DNA of 57,402 nucleotides, the filler included, from Sphacelaria rigidula (Eukaryota): NCBI GenBank assembly GCA_964200075.2. It is 7 parts of 7 records of this genome, joined end to end, with 100 filler letters (N's around TTAATTAATTAA, not from the genome) between each part and the next. Parts side by side here need not be neighbours in the genome. Positions count along the whole stretch, not along the records: positions 32,861 to 40,974 come from CAXNAA020012251.1; positions 41,075 to 49,188 come from CAXNAA020012252.1; 5 more parts are not named here. One strand, 5' to 3'. A model generated the notes under the pieces. The model searched no databases. It was not told where the DNA came from and worked only from the letters and a program-made list of their open reading frames with translations. Positions 34,060 through 46,323 of this stretch are shown here, piece by piece. Made by a program: the position numbers and the translations under genes. Every line of letters starts with the position of its first letter. Within the stretch, counting starts at the first letter, position 1.

Positions 34060-35867
34060 TAGATCAGTACCTGCAGATTCGGCATCGCCAAGACATTAGT
34101 TGGGAGTGGAAAGCTCTGGGACAGCGAAGTCACTGGTACTGGAGAGGTCATTCATCGGAGCATCGTCCTCCGCGGATTCGTCGATCGTTGGCAGGCCAGC
34201 AGGAGGTGATCTCGCCCTAGGCGCTGATTTTTATCGACGTGGTTGGGGTGGGGCAAGAAAAATCGCCGGCACCGGAACTGGGGACGGCGGGGGAAGATTA
34301 GGTCCTGAAACAGCGGCGTGAGCGGCGGCTTCTGCCGCTCTGCGATCCCGCGTTCGACTAGAAATGAGATCGCGCACTTGTCCAGGAAAAACATATGGGG
34401 AACAGTGAGCTGCGGTACGGCGGCAACACTGATGCGGCGGCCTGTCACTCCGAAAAGGATTATATCCGAATATGGTACTTGCATTGGTGTTTGTATTCCA
34501 AGAAACCAGATGAAGGGATCGAGGGGGCAAGCCGTCGAGCGCCGCTTTCGGGGCAGAGGGTGTCAGCCCACCCATGCTTAAATCTGACGCCTCGGTGTCA
34601 GCCCACTCATGCTCAAACCCGGAGTCTCGGTGGAGGCGTACGCGGATGATCTCCGCCGCAAGGTAGCTATTTATGACTACTTCTACCTGATCAGCCAGCA
34701 GCGGGGTTCGTGCGATACGGGCGTGTGGTGATGGGGGGCGTTCCTCATAGCATGTTGATCTTAAACGGGGTCATCGTGCATCGACCTAAATCTAGATGTG
34801 GGGTGAAAAATCACGCGGCATAGCGGATCAAAACATCCAGAAGTTTGTCGATGACCGCTGCAGTCCAACGGGCACCGTCGAGATTGGAGATGATGTAACA
34901 GAGGTGTGATGGAACGTCATTCCATAGCCGCAAAAAACTTGCTCGCTGCTCAGGCTGGAAACAATCCAAGAGTTTTTGAGGAATGTCGGTTTCCGCATCG
35001 TCATCCGACGCGGTCACAAACATTGTGTCAGCTGAGACTGATCCATTACAGTCAGCATTTTGCTCGAAATCAGTTGGGGAAGTGGTATTGGTGCGGGGAC
35101 ATATCAGACAGAGGTGTACGTAGAAGCGGAGCCGAAGCATACCCCAACGACTCGAATCAATCCGGCGACGTCAGAAAAATCGTGACGTCCGTTCTTCACA
35201 AATACATCTTTCTGTCCGAACGTATGTGATGATGGAAAACGCAACCAGCTATTCTCTGCCCACCAAAACATCGAATGACATGGCATTGTGTGGAACAATC
35301 AAAACCCAAACCGAAGGTTGTGCCATGGGGTGCGTAACACAGAAACGCTGAACACTTAATCGCACAGCCTGGGTGGTACTCAAAAGTAGAACCTGACCCG
35401 AAGCCACCGAAGTCGCGTGGGGGGCACAAGGGACTGACATTTGTCATCGGCCGCACCCGTGCGGAGCATGTCCTTCCAGCAACTGGCGGTGGGAAAGGTC
35501 TGAGGTGAGCCCGAGTCCGATAATACCAGGGCCATAAGTTGATGGCTTGCACAAGATCCACTATGAAGTCCAATTCTAGTTGTTAAGAACGCGTCGTCCA
35601 ACTTGACAACGCCACTCGTAAGATCCGGGCCAATTTCTGGCAACGAATCGGTATGTGTTCGCTGTACCTTCTGAACTTTAGTACTGAGATATACTCTGAG
35701 GTGGTCTTGTGGGACCTGGGGATGTGGGCACTGGTTTCAAGTGTTTTCCAATGTTGGGGCGTCAGGGCTACGTATATCGTAAACCGCTTTGGGACTATGG
35801 GGGGTGCGACTATAGTGGTGACCGTCGTGGTAGAGGCGGGGTCGACTGTGATGTCGCCAGGGGGGGG

Positions 35868-36078
35868 TGTAATGCGTGAGAGGACCGCGTGCTAAGAGGA
35901 CCGCGCCCTAGTTCAAAACACCTCAGGATCGATGTTTTTCAAAACCAATCGGGCCGGTCCCTGCAGGTACCACGCCCCTGACCATAACACTAACACTAAC
36001 ACTAATCCTTACCCTTACCATAGGGATGTTCAGATCCCGATGCGGTCCTCTAAGCACGCGGTCTTCTCGTGCATTACA
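35868..36078. mobile_element. TGT...ACA MITE with ~37-bp TIR nested in the gypsy gag region
   Basis: tgtaatgcgtgagaggaccgcgtgctaagaggaccgc / gcggtcctctaagcacgcggtcttctcgtgcattaca. G-runs on both flanks. Internal CCCTAA-like hexamers. Confidence 0.8.
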
Positions 36079-37830
36079 GGGGGGCATGCACTACCGGCTT
36101 GGTAGTGGATGTCCCAAGTGCGGGGTCGGCAGAAAGTTCAGCCTTGCACTGCGATGTGTCTGCCGAATCATGTACAGTGGTGGACAAAAGGGGCGACTAG
36201 TTTTCGCCGTCGGACGTGGTTCCAGTGCCTACATCAGCGGAACTCACGTCCGAAACATCAACATATGCATTGGAAATAGACATGGTCACCTCGGATTTAT
36301 CGGGAGACACGTTGTCGGGAGCCAAACTTGGAACCACAGGGGACGAATCGTCTGTTACCCGCATGAGACTGTCGTGGTGTGAGGTCGCCAGGGGCAGACC
36401 CGCACGTGAAGGCGACAACGAACCGACAGTAGGTAGGGTGGACTTGTGGCTCAACACGTTCCGCCTCGACCGCTTTGTTGGTGCTGGCTCAGGGCACCCC
36501 GCTGTGCAGTTGTACCAAGCCCCGGCGCTTCCCGTTTCCACAGCATCGGGGAAAGCACGGAAGAAGGCTGTGCTCAACTCCTGGACGCCAACCTCACGCC
36601 GCACGAGTGTGAGACTCCGCCGGCGCATGCAGGGAAGAGATCGCTCGGGCCTCAGGGGTCCGGCGGACATCGTCTGGGGTCTCGGGGGCGGGCATGCATA
36701 CAGAGGAGGACCAGGCGCGATGGCACTGGGTTCACCGGACTGTGCGGTGCATTTCACGAGCGGCTGCTCCAGACCTTCGATTGTGCCGGGGCCTCGGCTA
36801 GCCATCGTGTGGAGGCGGGCGATGCTGCTTCACCCTTCGACTTCGTTGCCGGCGTCCGCGCCAGCAAGGTTGGGACGGATGCTGACGATACTACAGACCA
36901 ACGTCAATGACGTCCGCACACGGCGGTCGCGGAGGAGGGAAGGTGATCGGCATCACGCAAAACACAGCAGCTTGCCGCCCGCTGAAAGGCAGCACTATAC
37001 GCCCCTGTGGACTGGAGTACGACGTCTGAAAACGCACAAACGCCCACGACGAAAGCCAATATTGTTGTCAACCTATTTGAACACGCACACATCGACCCCA
37101 CAGGGAGGATCAATCGTCTTCTGTGAGTGTGTGACCCATCGACGGCCGACGAACACAGGTGCAAACGCAACTGCAAATACGCCAAGGTAAGGAAGGAATG
37201 TCATCCCATACTGTGTGGGTGAAAGGGGCCGTGCGATCCGGCTATCGACGCGCAAAGCGTACCGATTAGCGAAGGGTTGGATTAGTGATGGCGAATGAAG
37301 TGGATCCCAGGGGTGACAGTGGCGACGAAGCAGAGGCGACTTCGGATATAGACTGTGAGTGTTGTAGCAGCATGTTGTCGGAGGAGTCATGTGCTTCGTA
37401 CGGAGACACGGGCCAGGACGTACTGGAATGGTACTTACACCGGATGAGCGATGTGTAAGAGAGTGGTCAACGCACAGGTATGCTACCAAAAGCTTTGGTG
37501 AAGCAGGTTCCCGTCAATAGTCATTTGCCTCCGTCCCCCTTCGTTTCTTTTATCCCCGGACCCGTACACCAACCGCAATCTAGGAGAATACTTGTTCTGT
37601 TCGATATTTATTGGATGGATGGGGCTGCGATGGGTTTGCAGTAATTTTAGTGTTGAAATATGTGATTTTGTTGGATGAGGGGAGCACAATGTTGTGGCTG
37701 TCGTGTATGGTATTGGAGGCTGGCTGCCGATGAGTGAGCAACGGGAAACCAGACCTCGTGGGAGTTTCGCGAGCATGCTGCATCCGATTCATGCCTATTT
37801 CCGGTACTATCGTGAGGTATGTCTCCTCCC

Positions 37831-37896
37831 CTGCTCCGTCTCGAAAGGGGTGCGTGGTCGATGGTCACACGACCAAGGCAAGCAACAAATGAGTAC
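37831..37896 (+). repeat. 66-bp dispersed structured repeat, copy 2
   Basis: Matches 1849-1914. Confidence 0.85.
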
Positions 37897-39533
37897 GCCC
37901 CCTCCCCCTCCCCAAGGGCTAGAAAGGAACACGATTCAGGCTCGTCGACACTCTGTGCGTCCATTCATCACCGTGTGCGCTACATTTCGCCTCAGGTGCA
38001 ACAACAGCGGAGAACCCCGACTGTGACGCTGCCACGGGTTGTATCGCGGATGGGTGAAGACTATGTACACCGTAGGATGTAATCTTGTGTCATTCAAGGA
38101 TCGGTTGTCCTTCACATTATGCGCTTGACATCTCCGTGCAATATCTGCACATGTGTCCGCGGCGGCGGCGGTGGAGGGGCCGACGGGCGCGATTTCCTCT
38201 AGGCTTTTTTCCCATAGAAAGTCCGAGGGTTTGTTGAGCATCGAACGACGCCGGCGCATCGTGCGTTTTGATGTGGGCGGTCGACATTGTATCGAACAGC
38301 TTGACGACCTGAACTTCCCGCCGCTATGAAGGATACAGTGGTCATACCTGTACCATCAGAGTATTGAGTGTTGAGGGCAGGTGTTCTTCCTGCGGACACT
38401 GTGCGTTATTTCTTGGGATACCGGCACTTGTGCAGACTCCGCCAATATCTTCCTCCCTGGAAATTGAAAAATAATCCGACGCTAGATTGCGAGAGTCATG
38501 TGTTCCCGTTCCAAAAACAATGTATCATTGACGTCACCTCTTGAGTTGTCATATCATACTAGTCTTTTGGCTTCATCTTATATTCGGTGTGGATTTCGGG
38601 GATGTGTGCGGTGAAGATCCCGACCACAACGGGGCTGGTACCAGCTGGACAAGATATGTTATGAAAGTTTTTTGCCGGCGTTGTTCTATGTACGTGTTTC
38701 AGTTATTACGGAACTGTAATATCCGACAAAGCTCATTTCTTTTTCTTTACAAAGTTCGCCGCAATTCCTACCGTGAAGTCTCGATCCCAAGGCCACTGGT
38801 GATGTGTAATAGATGTATCTTATTGGCTCCTGGTATTTCGCTGTCGAGTTTCAGCCGACAAGAGGGTTGGGCGGATGCTGGCACCTCCGAATGACGAGCT
38901 TCATTCGTCGACACCGTTCTAAAAGACCTTGATAACCCTCGCAACACTACTTTGTTTGTGGCCGAACCCGCCTCTCCATAACAGGGGCAGTCACTCTAAC
39001 AGAAGTATTTTAGACTCGAGCACCGCTGCGTTTCGTGTACGTGGCAGTTTCGATTACGGCCGAAGTTGCAATTCCAAAAACAAACCATCAAGTTGTTGGA
39101 AAAAACAAACGGCCTGTTCTTCTTTGAGACAATTTCATGTTATTTTGTTGGGAAAAAATCGTGTCTTTTTTGCTTAATGTATGTTATTGAGTTGACCACT
39201 TCTTGCTGAGAGAGCAATTTCGGTCACGAATAGAACCGTGACATAACCCTCAATCGGAAAAATCGCTGTGGAACGGTATCAAGGAAGATATCCAATCGTT
39301 CCGAGAGGTCAACATCCGTCTAAACCTCATCTTCGGGATAATTACTCATGTAAGAGCCAAAAAAGCGATTTTCAACGAGATACTTTCTTACACGCGATAA
39401 GTGACCAAAGATAGATTTTTTTCATGGGTACACCAGAGAAATACGAAACGAAGGCCTTCGTAAAACCTGACATTCGTGAAGGCATCGGCTGAATATTTCG
39501 CGTGGACAAAGACCCATACTGAGTGCGCGAGGA

Positions 39534-39786
39534 GAGCAATGCTACGGTAGGGGTTGCACTTTTTGTTTCTGGGTCTCATTTTTGTAGGAGCCCAAATATA
39601 TGGGGCTTACTGCGCAACCCAAATCTCCGGGAACAGGACATGGAAATACAAACGGGGGCCTTTTCGTGAATCGGCATCATTTTCAGTCTTTTTCACGTGA
39701 AAATGATGCCGACTATTGAAATGATCCCTCCAACACCCCGAGAAAGATTTTCGCTCAAAAAGTGCAACCCTACCGTAGCATCACTC
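39534..39786. mobile_element. GAG-terminus MITE (same TIR family as 14977)
   Basis: gagcaatgctacggtaggggttgcactttttg / caaaaagtgcaaccctaccgtagcatcactc. TSD not preserved. Confidence 0.8.
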
Positions 39787-40600
39787 ATAACTCAGTCCGC
39801 AGTGCTTCTTGCTACAGACACCATGAGAACGAGAAACCATCGTAGGGTGAGCTATCGCACCCAAGACCCGACGCGTTCGCGGACCCTGCACTTGTTGCCA
39901 TCGTACTGGGTGGCGGGTGGCCGAAGGGGTGCGGATAGGATGGCGGTAACTCACCGCATCTGTGATATGCGGCGTAACCGCACCTTATGTATCTTTCGAT
40001 GGTTCAGTACCGCATTTTCTATTTTTGAAGCGTTACTTACTGAATTTCTCCACCGTATCCACACAAGCCGGCTTCAAACTTGGCACAGAGGTACAGCACA
40101 GCACAAGAAGCGTATTCACCATTCAGCGGCACGTGGTGGGGGGTGCGCAAGAAGCACGCGCGAACACGGATTTCAGGTGATGCCATCCATACGCCCTCAA
40201 AACGGCGTCTGCGCCGCCCAGACGGCGTGAGACATTGCTGAACGCATGTGATGACACGCGGGTGCGCTTCCTTCCGCGGTAATGACCTCCTACGCGGCTT
40301 CTGCGCCGTGAAACAAACGTCGATCTGAATCGGCACGCATTCTGAGTCTTGACATTCTGCGCGGTACACATTTCCTATTGTCTGTGAAGGTGCTCAATCA
40401 AAGAGGCACGGCCGTGCACGCGCTATCAGCACTTTCACGCTCTGAAACTTCGCCTGCATGTCCTGTAGAGCGTAGGCGACAACCTCATCATGTTGCTGAA
40501 TGTGGGATGGCGTTGTGTGTGCGTGCGTATCGGGGTGAAAAGAGCTCAGGTTCTGTTCCGAATTAATTATTATCTTTCGTTCGGCGTAACACTGGCCTAA

Positions 40601-40974
40601 ATAGTCCTCATGCGATTCAGCGGGGATGATATCATCGTCAAGAACATGGTATATCTCGATGACGAGACGGGGAGGGAGGCGTAGACACCGCTAGAACGTG
40701 TACGGAGAGTTGTGTGGGGAATACTGTATGCCGACGATGCCGGCGTCATCTCGAGATCCCCCGACAGACTGGCCAGGATGATGACCACCATAGTGGACGT
40801 GTTTGGGATCTTTGGACTGACCATATCGGAGAAGAAGACGGAGACTCTCTTGATGCGAATGCCGAGGCAAGCACGAAAGAAGAGGAAGTCACCAACATCG
40901 TCTCTCCCACCGCTGATAATCGAAACAGCGGGCCATAAGTACGCCCAGAGAAGTAGTTTCCGATACTTGGGCGG
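40601..40974 (+). mobile_element. Non-LTR (LINE, RTE-like) reverse transcriptase fragment, pseudogenised
   Basis: VWGILYADDAGVIS...FGLTISEKKTE...FRYLG (RT domains 5-7). In-frame TAG at 40682. Cut by the contig end. Confidence 0.92.
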
Positions 40975-41074
40975 NNNNNNNNNNNNNNNNNNNNNNNNNN
41001 NNNNNNNNNNNNNNNNNNTTAATTAATTAANNNNNNNNNNNNNNNNNNNNNNNNNNNNNNNNNNNNNNNNNNNN
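40975..41074. other. Artificial contig linker
   Basis: N44-TTAATTAATTAA-N44. Confidence 0.98.
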
Positions 41075-41228
41075 CAGGCTCGCACTTAGTCACCAAGTGC
41101 GAAGCGCCGTGGTGTGTTCGGCGAGTCGCATGAAGGATGAGCTGCATCCTGCTAAGATTGTTCGGCACAAAGCATCTTGCATTTACAGCCTACAATGAGT
41201 TGCTTTATTTTCTGGTATCGCCACTTTG
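41075..41228 (-). repeat. Dispersed repeat family C copy
   Basis: Reverse complement of 9213-9381. Confidence 0.8.
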
Positions 41229-41271
41229 GGGGGGCCTCCGTGTCCGACAAAATTATCTCGACAGACCCTTG

Positions 41272-41508
41272 CCCATACCCATAAATCAAACAGCCTGCAG
41301 AGGAAGGCAAGAAACAAATCATCTACACGAAAAAGGGCCCCTACACTACGATAGATCCGTGTAAGACCGATTGAACTACTGTACACCTAGTGGAATCCAA
41401 AAAGTCCCCGCGTGCGATCTCTCCGACTTTACCTTGCCACATACTACACGAAGTAGTAACAGCGAGTAAGCTGATAATTGAAACTGTCGCGTAGAACAGG
41501 TACCAATC
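41272..41508 (-). mobile_element. Copy of the (AAT)n-tailed element, lacking its 3' end
   Basis: Reverse complement matches 54107-54347 starting from the same gattggt. Confidence 0.8.
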
Positions 41509-42368
41509 CAAAAATAGATGTACTACTGTCTGGAGTGCTGTAAAGAGATCCTCTCTTCAGAGCCTGCGCACTGGAGACTGAACAATCTAGATACAGAAAA
41601 CGCAAAACTGACCGATATGAACATATTTTGGATAACAACGACCCGCACGAGCAAGCGAATAGTGCGGCAAGGCCAGATTTTTTCTGGTGTCCTTTGCCGT
41701 GGCGCTATTAGTGAAGATGCTGTTTCAAGGCCAATCAGCGGCCTTCAAGTTTTTCTGATGTTTGAAATGCGAGTTTCGGACTCAATTTGTACTCAATCTC
41801 ATCACGAATCGGAGCTTAGTAACCACCATCAGCTAGGGAATGTAACGCCAAAAGCAGATTTGAGAACGGTTTGCATGAGATCGAGTTATACCCGCAAAAC
41901 ATCGTATTTCGGCGATGTGGGGGTTTGACGTCGTCGGATTTACACAAATAATATATATCGAAAATCCAGAAGGCCTCTTGACGTTTTCCCTCGAAACTTT
42001 CGTAGAATAGCTCCGATCATCCTCAAACTTGGTAGTTTGGTAGATATGGGTGCTACGAATGAGGAAAAAATGTCGAATGTTTCAAGGTTTTATCGGCTCT
42101 CTAGCAGATTCCGGGGATCTCAGCATGAAGACCCCCAGAAATCGGTACAGATGTTCGAGATAAATATTCAAATATGACTCGCCCCCCGAAGTAGTCCAAG
42201 GAACAGTTGTACAAGTGTAGAACAAAGTTTCGTTGCGTAACTAGAAAAGCTGCGCAAGGAAAACGTCGATAGCATTCTATAATCAAGTAATTAGGGGGGT
42301 TACGCGTACATCTGTATAGTTCAACGCACAAACGGCCAATCGCTCACCCCGTTTCTTGGATTTAGATA

Positions 42369-42911
42369 ATTTTTTATGGCAACCAACGCGTATTTGTACA
42401 AAAATGAGGATTTCAGCCCGCCTACAGGCGATTTCTCCCCCGTTGACTGATTTTTCGAACCCCAGTCCGTTGGGCAAGTATTCCGGCTAGCTCTGAGGAA
42501 ACCAGATCAACTCTCTGATTTTCTGAACGATGTTGTTCCCGATCCAAGCAGGAAGGTGATGAATCAAAGGTCAGCATCCAGAGAACCGGCGATTTTATCT
42601 GGTTTCGTCAAAGCTAGTCGGAAAACATCGTCCAACGGACTGGGGTCGGAAAACTCACTCCACGGGAGAAAATCGCCTGTAGCCGGGCTGAAATCCTTTT
42701 ATTTGTACAAATACGGATTGGTTGCCATAAAAAATGGTCTCAGACCCTGAAAAATTGCGTACGGGCGCTCCGAGATATTTAGAAGGGCTGTATGAACGGG
42801 TCTCTCGGTTGTTCTTTTTCCGCCAGATATCTGGCAAGAAGAATAATCGAAAGATCCCATTGATACAACCCTTCTAGAACTGTCAAAGCACCCGTATGCA
42901 ATTTTTCAGGG
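42369..42911. mobile_element. Compound foldback element (two adjacent long inverted repeats)
   Basis: 42369-~42520 pairs with ~42590-42735, and 42745-42805 pairs with 42850-42911. Confidence 0.8.
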
Positions 42912-44135
42912 CCTATCTCCAAGAAACAGCGTGAGAAATCGCTGGGGAGCAAATTCCGGTCGTTCACCCTGACCGAGCCTGTGACAGGATTTTGGCTAGA
43001 TTGAGTTTTTGGCGCTGATTCAGAGTGAGTTTTGTGGTGCGCTCCTACACGACCGTCTTTCTCATTCACATGCATGGTTTTGCCTAGAACATTGTCGTGT
43101 GCTCACAGCTACACGTCGATGTCTTACTCAGGAATATCAGAGACTTCAGCAGCAAGCTACTAGAGAAAGGATGTAAGGCCTCGTAAAGACCTAGAGGGGC
43201 GTTTCGGACGTGAAACTGCTGTAGGCATTAATCGACCATTTCTGGAGTTCTTGAGTTCGAGATTCCCGCTGATTGACGAGGTCAATGCAATAAAAAGAAA
43301 ACTTGGATTCATCCCACGGCTACGAGCTTTCATTCGAGCTGCTCCTCGCCTGGCTCGGCGAAGTATCCCCCGAGAAACACATGTCGATGAATGGATTAAG
43401 AATTCCTATCATATGAGATCTCACGCTCAGTCAAACGCCAGACTCGATCTGGCAAAAACCCTGCTGTATGCCGTTTGCATGTATCGCAGCAGTGGTCGCT
43501 GCCACCGTGCGCCACTTGCAAAGCATGTAAACATGTACCCCACGAAAAACAACTCAGCGAAGATACACACACATGAATGCACGCACGTGGCTTGCGTCTC
43601 AAAATCGACCAGGCGTTCTCTAACACTGATTCCAATACAAACACCCATTGTGTTCATGGCGACAGGCGTTTTTTCCTTTGAAAAAATGGCTGTTCCAGAC
43701 CCCAAATGTGCCATAGGTCATCTGAGATCGTCTGCGGGGGGGGTCGAGGCCTCGGGGTTAAAAGTGGATTGAACCTCTGAACGCTAGAGTGAGTCATCTG
43801 TTGCATCGGCATGATTTCCACTTGAGACTATATATATACACGAACGAGATGACCCACCCTGTTAGCCAAAGGGTCACCCATTGTCACGAGCTATGTTTCG
43901 TGTCACACCGAAGCTCCCCGCCTTTCCTGTTAGGGAAGTAGATTTTATTCACCATCAGTGGTTACTCTGTGAACCTTCCGTACCCCCAGTACTAGATCCA
44001 CCCATACCCTTAGGTTGGTTGCACTGAAAAAAAGCGCTGCGTACATGGTGCTGATACCAGAATCCCCTTCCATATATGTTTTCGCGGCTTCCACAGTCGT
44101 TCTGATCGAGGACGCCGCGAGGCAATGCCAATCGG

Positions 44136-44260
44136 TCAAGCGCGTGGTGGAACTGGAGGCGCGGGCTCCGCACCGAATGGGTGCCCCGGGAAGACAGCGT
44201 GTAGTAGGATATCCCATCCGGCAATGTCGAATTCGTCCTTTTGGGTACTTAGAAGGCCGT
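44136..44260 (-). CDS. SnoaL/NTF2-like (DUF2358-like) protein, terminal exon (DGLLSTQKDEFDIAGWDILLHAVFPGHPFGAEPAPPVPPRA*)
   Basis: Acceptor ctcgtag. Phase 1 matches the previous exon. TGA stop. Confidence 0.8.
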
Positions 44261-44766
44261 CTACGAGCACGACGGGCGCGGAGCGGGAAGGAGGTTTTGC
44301 GGCGGCACTCAGAATACCCCGTTCTTTACAAGCGTCGCTAGCGATAGGTGCATTTTGATAAGCAGACATCCGTACCGTCGAAAAAGAGCATCGCATTTAA
44401 CGTATCGATCTACACAAAACAATGTTATCGCGGGATTGAGAGTCTAGGATAAGATTGAGAGTGAGAAGCGGTCTAGTGATGAATGATAGCTTCAGTTCTG
44501 AAATACCCCTCAGGGCTTTATACGAGGTCCGACACGCTTGCTGTTGTAGCTTGCCGCTGAAGCCTTTAAAATCCGTGAGTAGGATATGGACGTGTAGCTG
44601 TGAGCACAAAAAGGTGTTACAGGCAAAGAAGAGCACACACAAAATAAAAAAAATCGGTTGAAGTTAGAACGACTAGCTAAACTCGCTCTCAATCAACGCT
44701 AGACGTTCGATTTCACGAAAACATTGTGACAAGTGCATTAAATGGTAAAACCCAGAGCTTGCGCAC

Positions 44767-44900
44767 CTGCATCCCTCTCGAACGTGGTGGTAACGACGTA
44801 TGGTTTGATGGGCGGGTTAGTGGGCAGGTTCAATCTGCCCGCCAGCCGCCATCGTACCACGATGCGCTCGCCGTCCGCCTCTGACGAGATAACGTCACAC
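44767..44900 (-). CDS. SnoaL/DUF2358-like protein, exon (CDVISSEADGERIVVRWRLAGRLNLPTNPPIKPYVVTTTFERDA)
   Basis: I-x-VRW-x-L-x-G-x3-LP motif. Acceptor aagcag, donor gcag|gtgcgc, phases 2/1. Confidence 0.85.
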
Positions 44901-45659
44901 CTGCTTATGGCAGGTTGGTAAAACACATGTTTTTACAAATCAGAAGCTACAAACAAGTGTACCTCATGTACACGACTACCATATGGCATATACAGCAAGA
45001 CAAAATGGGACCAAGTGTGTTGCGTGGGGGTCAGTATTCGGAAGGGTGGAAAACATCGAGCATGGCCGTGCCTCCTGAACTTCCGTTCATGGTATGTTTA
45101 TATGTCGTGCAGACGAGTTGCGACGAGCGCCCACCCTCAGAGGTAATGCTCACGGCGTTCAGACAAGGCAGAAGAAGGCGCGCTTCTCCGCCAGGTGTGC
45201 ACGTGTTCTATACTTGCTGAAATTTTGTGGGACTTCAACACCCCCGACTCTCAGGACGAGTGCTCGGTCGCGAAGGACAAAGTCATCTCTCTCCCGCTAA
45301 TCGCCTTACACCGTACAAGTATTAACGAGCAGAAGTCCAGCTCTGCCGCAACCCGTTGAATTTCATCAGGTTGTGTATAGGGGAGAATCGTCGCCCCACG
45401 TTCTCGCTTTTTGGACGACGGACACGAGAAAAAGTGCCGATTGTCGGGGTTCGAGCCCACATTATCTCAAACAGTTGGTCCAAGTGTGGTCACCGGGATG
45501 GTTGCGGCGTCTGAGCATGTAGCTGCGTGCCCTTTTGTGGACGATGTACTGGGAAAGTGAGGCCTTTGTCCTGTCGGATCTACGTACGACAAGAGGAACC
45601 AGGTGAGTGCCGGGCCAAACATGACAACAGGGGTTCGAAGAACAGAAAGTGTTGTATAC

Positions 45660-45727
45660 CTTGATTCTTCCTGGTCGAACAGCTTGGCCACCCCTTCTGC
45701 GTACGTGCCCACACCTCTGAGCGACAC
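45660..45727 (-). CDS. SnoaL/DUF2358-like protein, exon (VSLRGVGTYAEGVAKLFDQEESR)
   Basis: Acceptor ctgacag, donor ag|gtatac. Phases 0/2 fit both neighbours. Confidence 0.8.
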
Positions 45728-46167
45728 CTGTCAGAACAGCGTACAGCATGTGCCCAGTTGTTGGATCGCACGACTGGCAAAACAACACTGGGCTGCTCGA
45801 CCAATTTCACCACATCTCGAGAACATCATACAATGAGCGCTATTTCGCGTGTAGTTGGTGGGGTTTATCTTGGCGATGCATTGAATATCCGCCAAACATT
45901 GCTCCAAGAAACGCAACGAAACTGCTCGCTGAGGACGGACGAAAATTCAGCTCGGCGCCACCCATCATAGCATAGGCCTCTGACGCGAAAATAGCGTCTA
46001 CCCAACAGCGAGCGTGCCATGAATACTGCAGGGTAGGGATCCCATGATTGCCCACGTAAAACTTCCGACATCAAACCCAGGAATGACACCGTGTCACCGT
46101 CCACATTTTGGAACAACCACCTCAAAATATACAGGGCGATCAAGCTTGCTCCGTCTTGATATCTCAC

Positions 46168-46323
46168 GTTTGGATCCTCGAAGAAAAAATCATCGCTGAA
46201 AAGAGACGCATCCATCCTACCCGTCACGAACCAGCCATTGCGCGTTAGACCCTCGTCCACCGCCGCCGCCATCTCCGTCGCCGACAAGCCCCGTCGCTTC
46301 GCCTCTGGTCCATCGTTGAATAC
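46168..46323 (-). CDS. SnoaL/DUF2358-like protein, exon (VFNDGPEAKRRGLSATEMAAAVDEGLTRNGWFVTGRMDASLFSDDFFFEDPN)
   Basis: F-V-T-G...L-F-x-D-D-x2-F-x-DP motif. Donor aac|gtgaga. Upstream exons not located. Confidence 0.85.

Larger units (their letters stand above)
32990..37490 (-). mobile_element. Degenerate Ty3/gypsy LTR retrotransposon (gag-like region, protease, RT start, integrase)
   Basis: Protease LSDSGS (~35520) and RT N-terminus DLGRC..PFKI..PITTRPYRTNP (~34700-34790). Integrase shows H..HLG..FYWW, ILLITDRFSR, LLSDNGQQF and PYHPQTNGGTERVN (33000-33650). Frameshifts and stops are present. The 5' boundary is uncertain (possible PBS tggtagc at about 37482-37488). Confidence 0.9.

Noticed and set aside
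36216-37190. 324-aa plus-strand ORF as a novel gene
   Set aside because: It is antisense to the GC-rich gag-like region of the gypsy element and has no recognisable motif.
37490-37800. 5' LTR of the gypsy element
   Set aside because: The position is plausible next to a PBS-like tggtagc, but there is no second LTR in the contig and no clear TG...CA boundaries.
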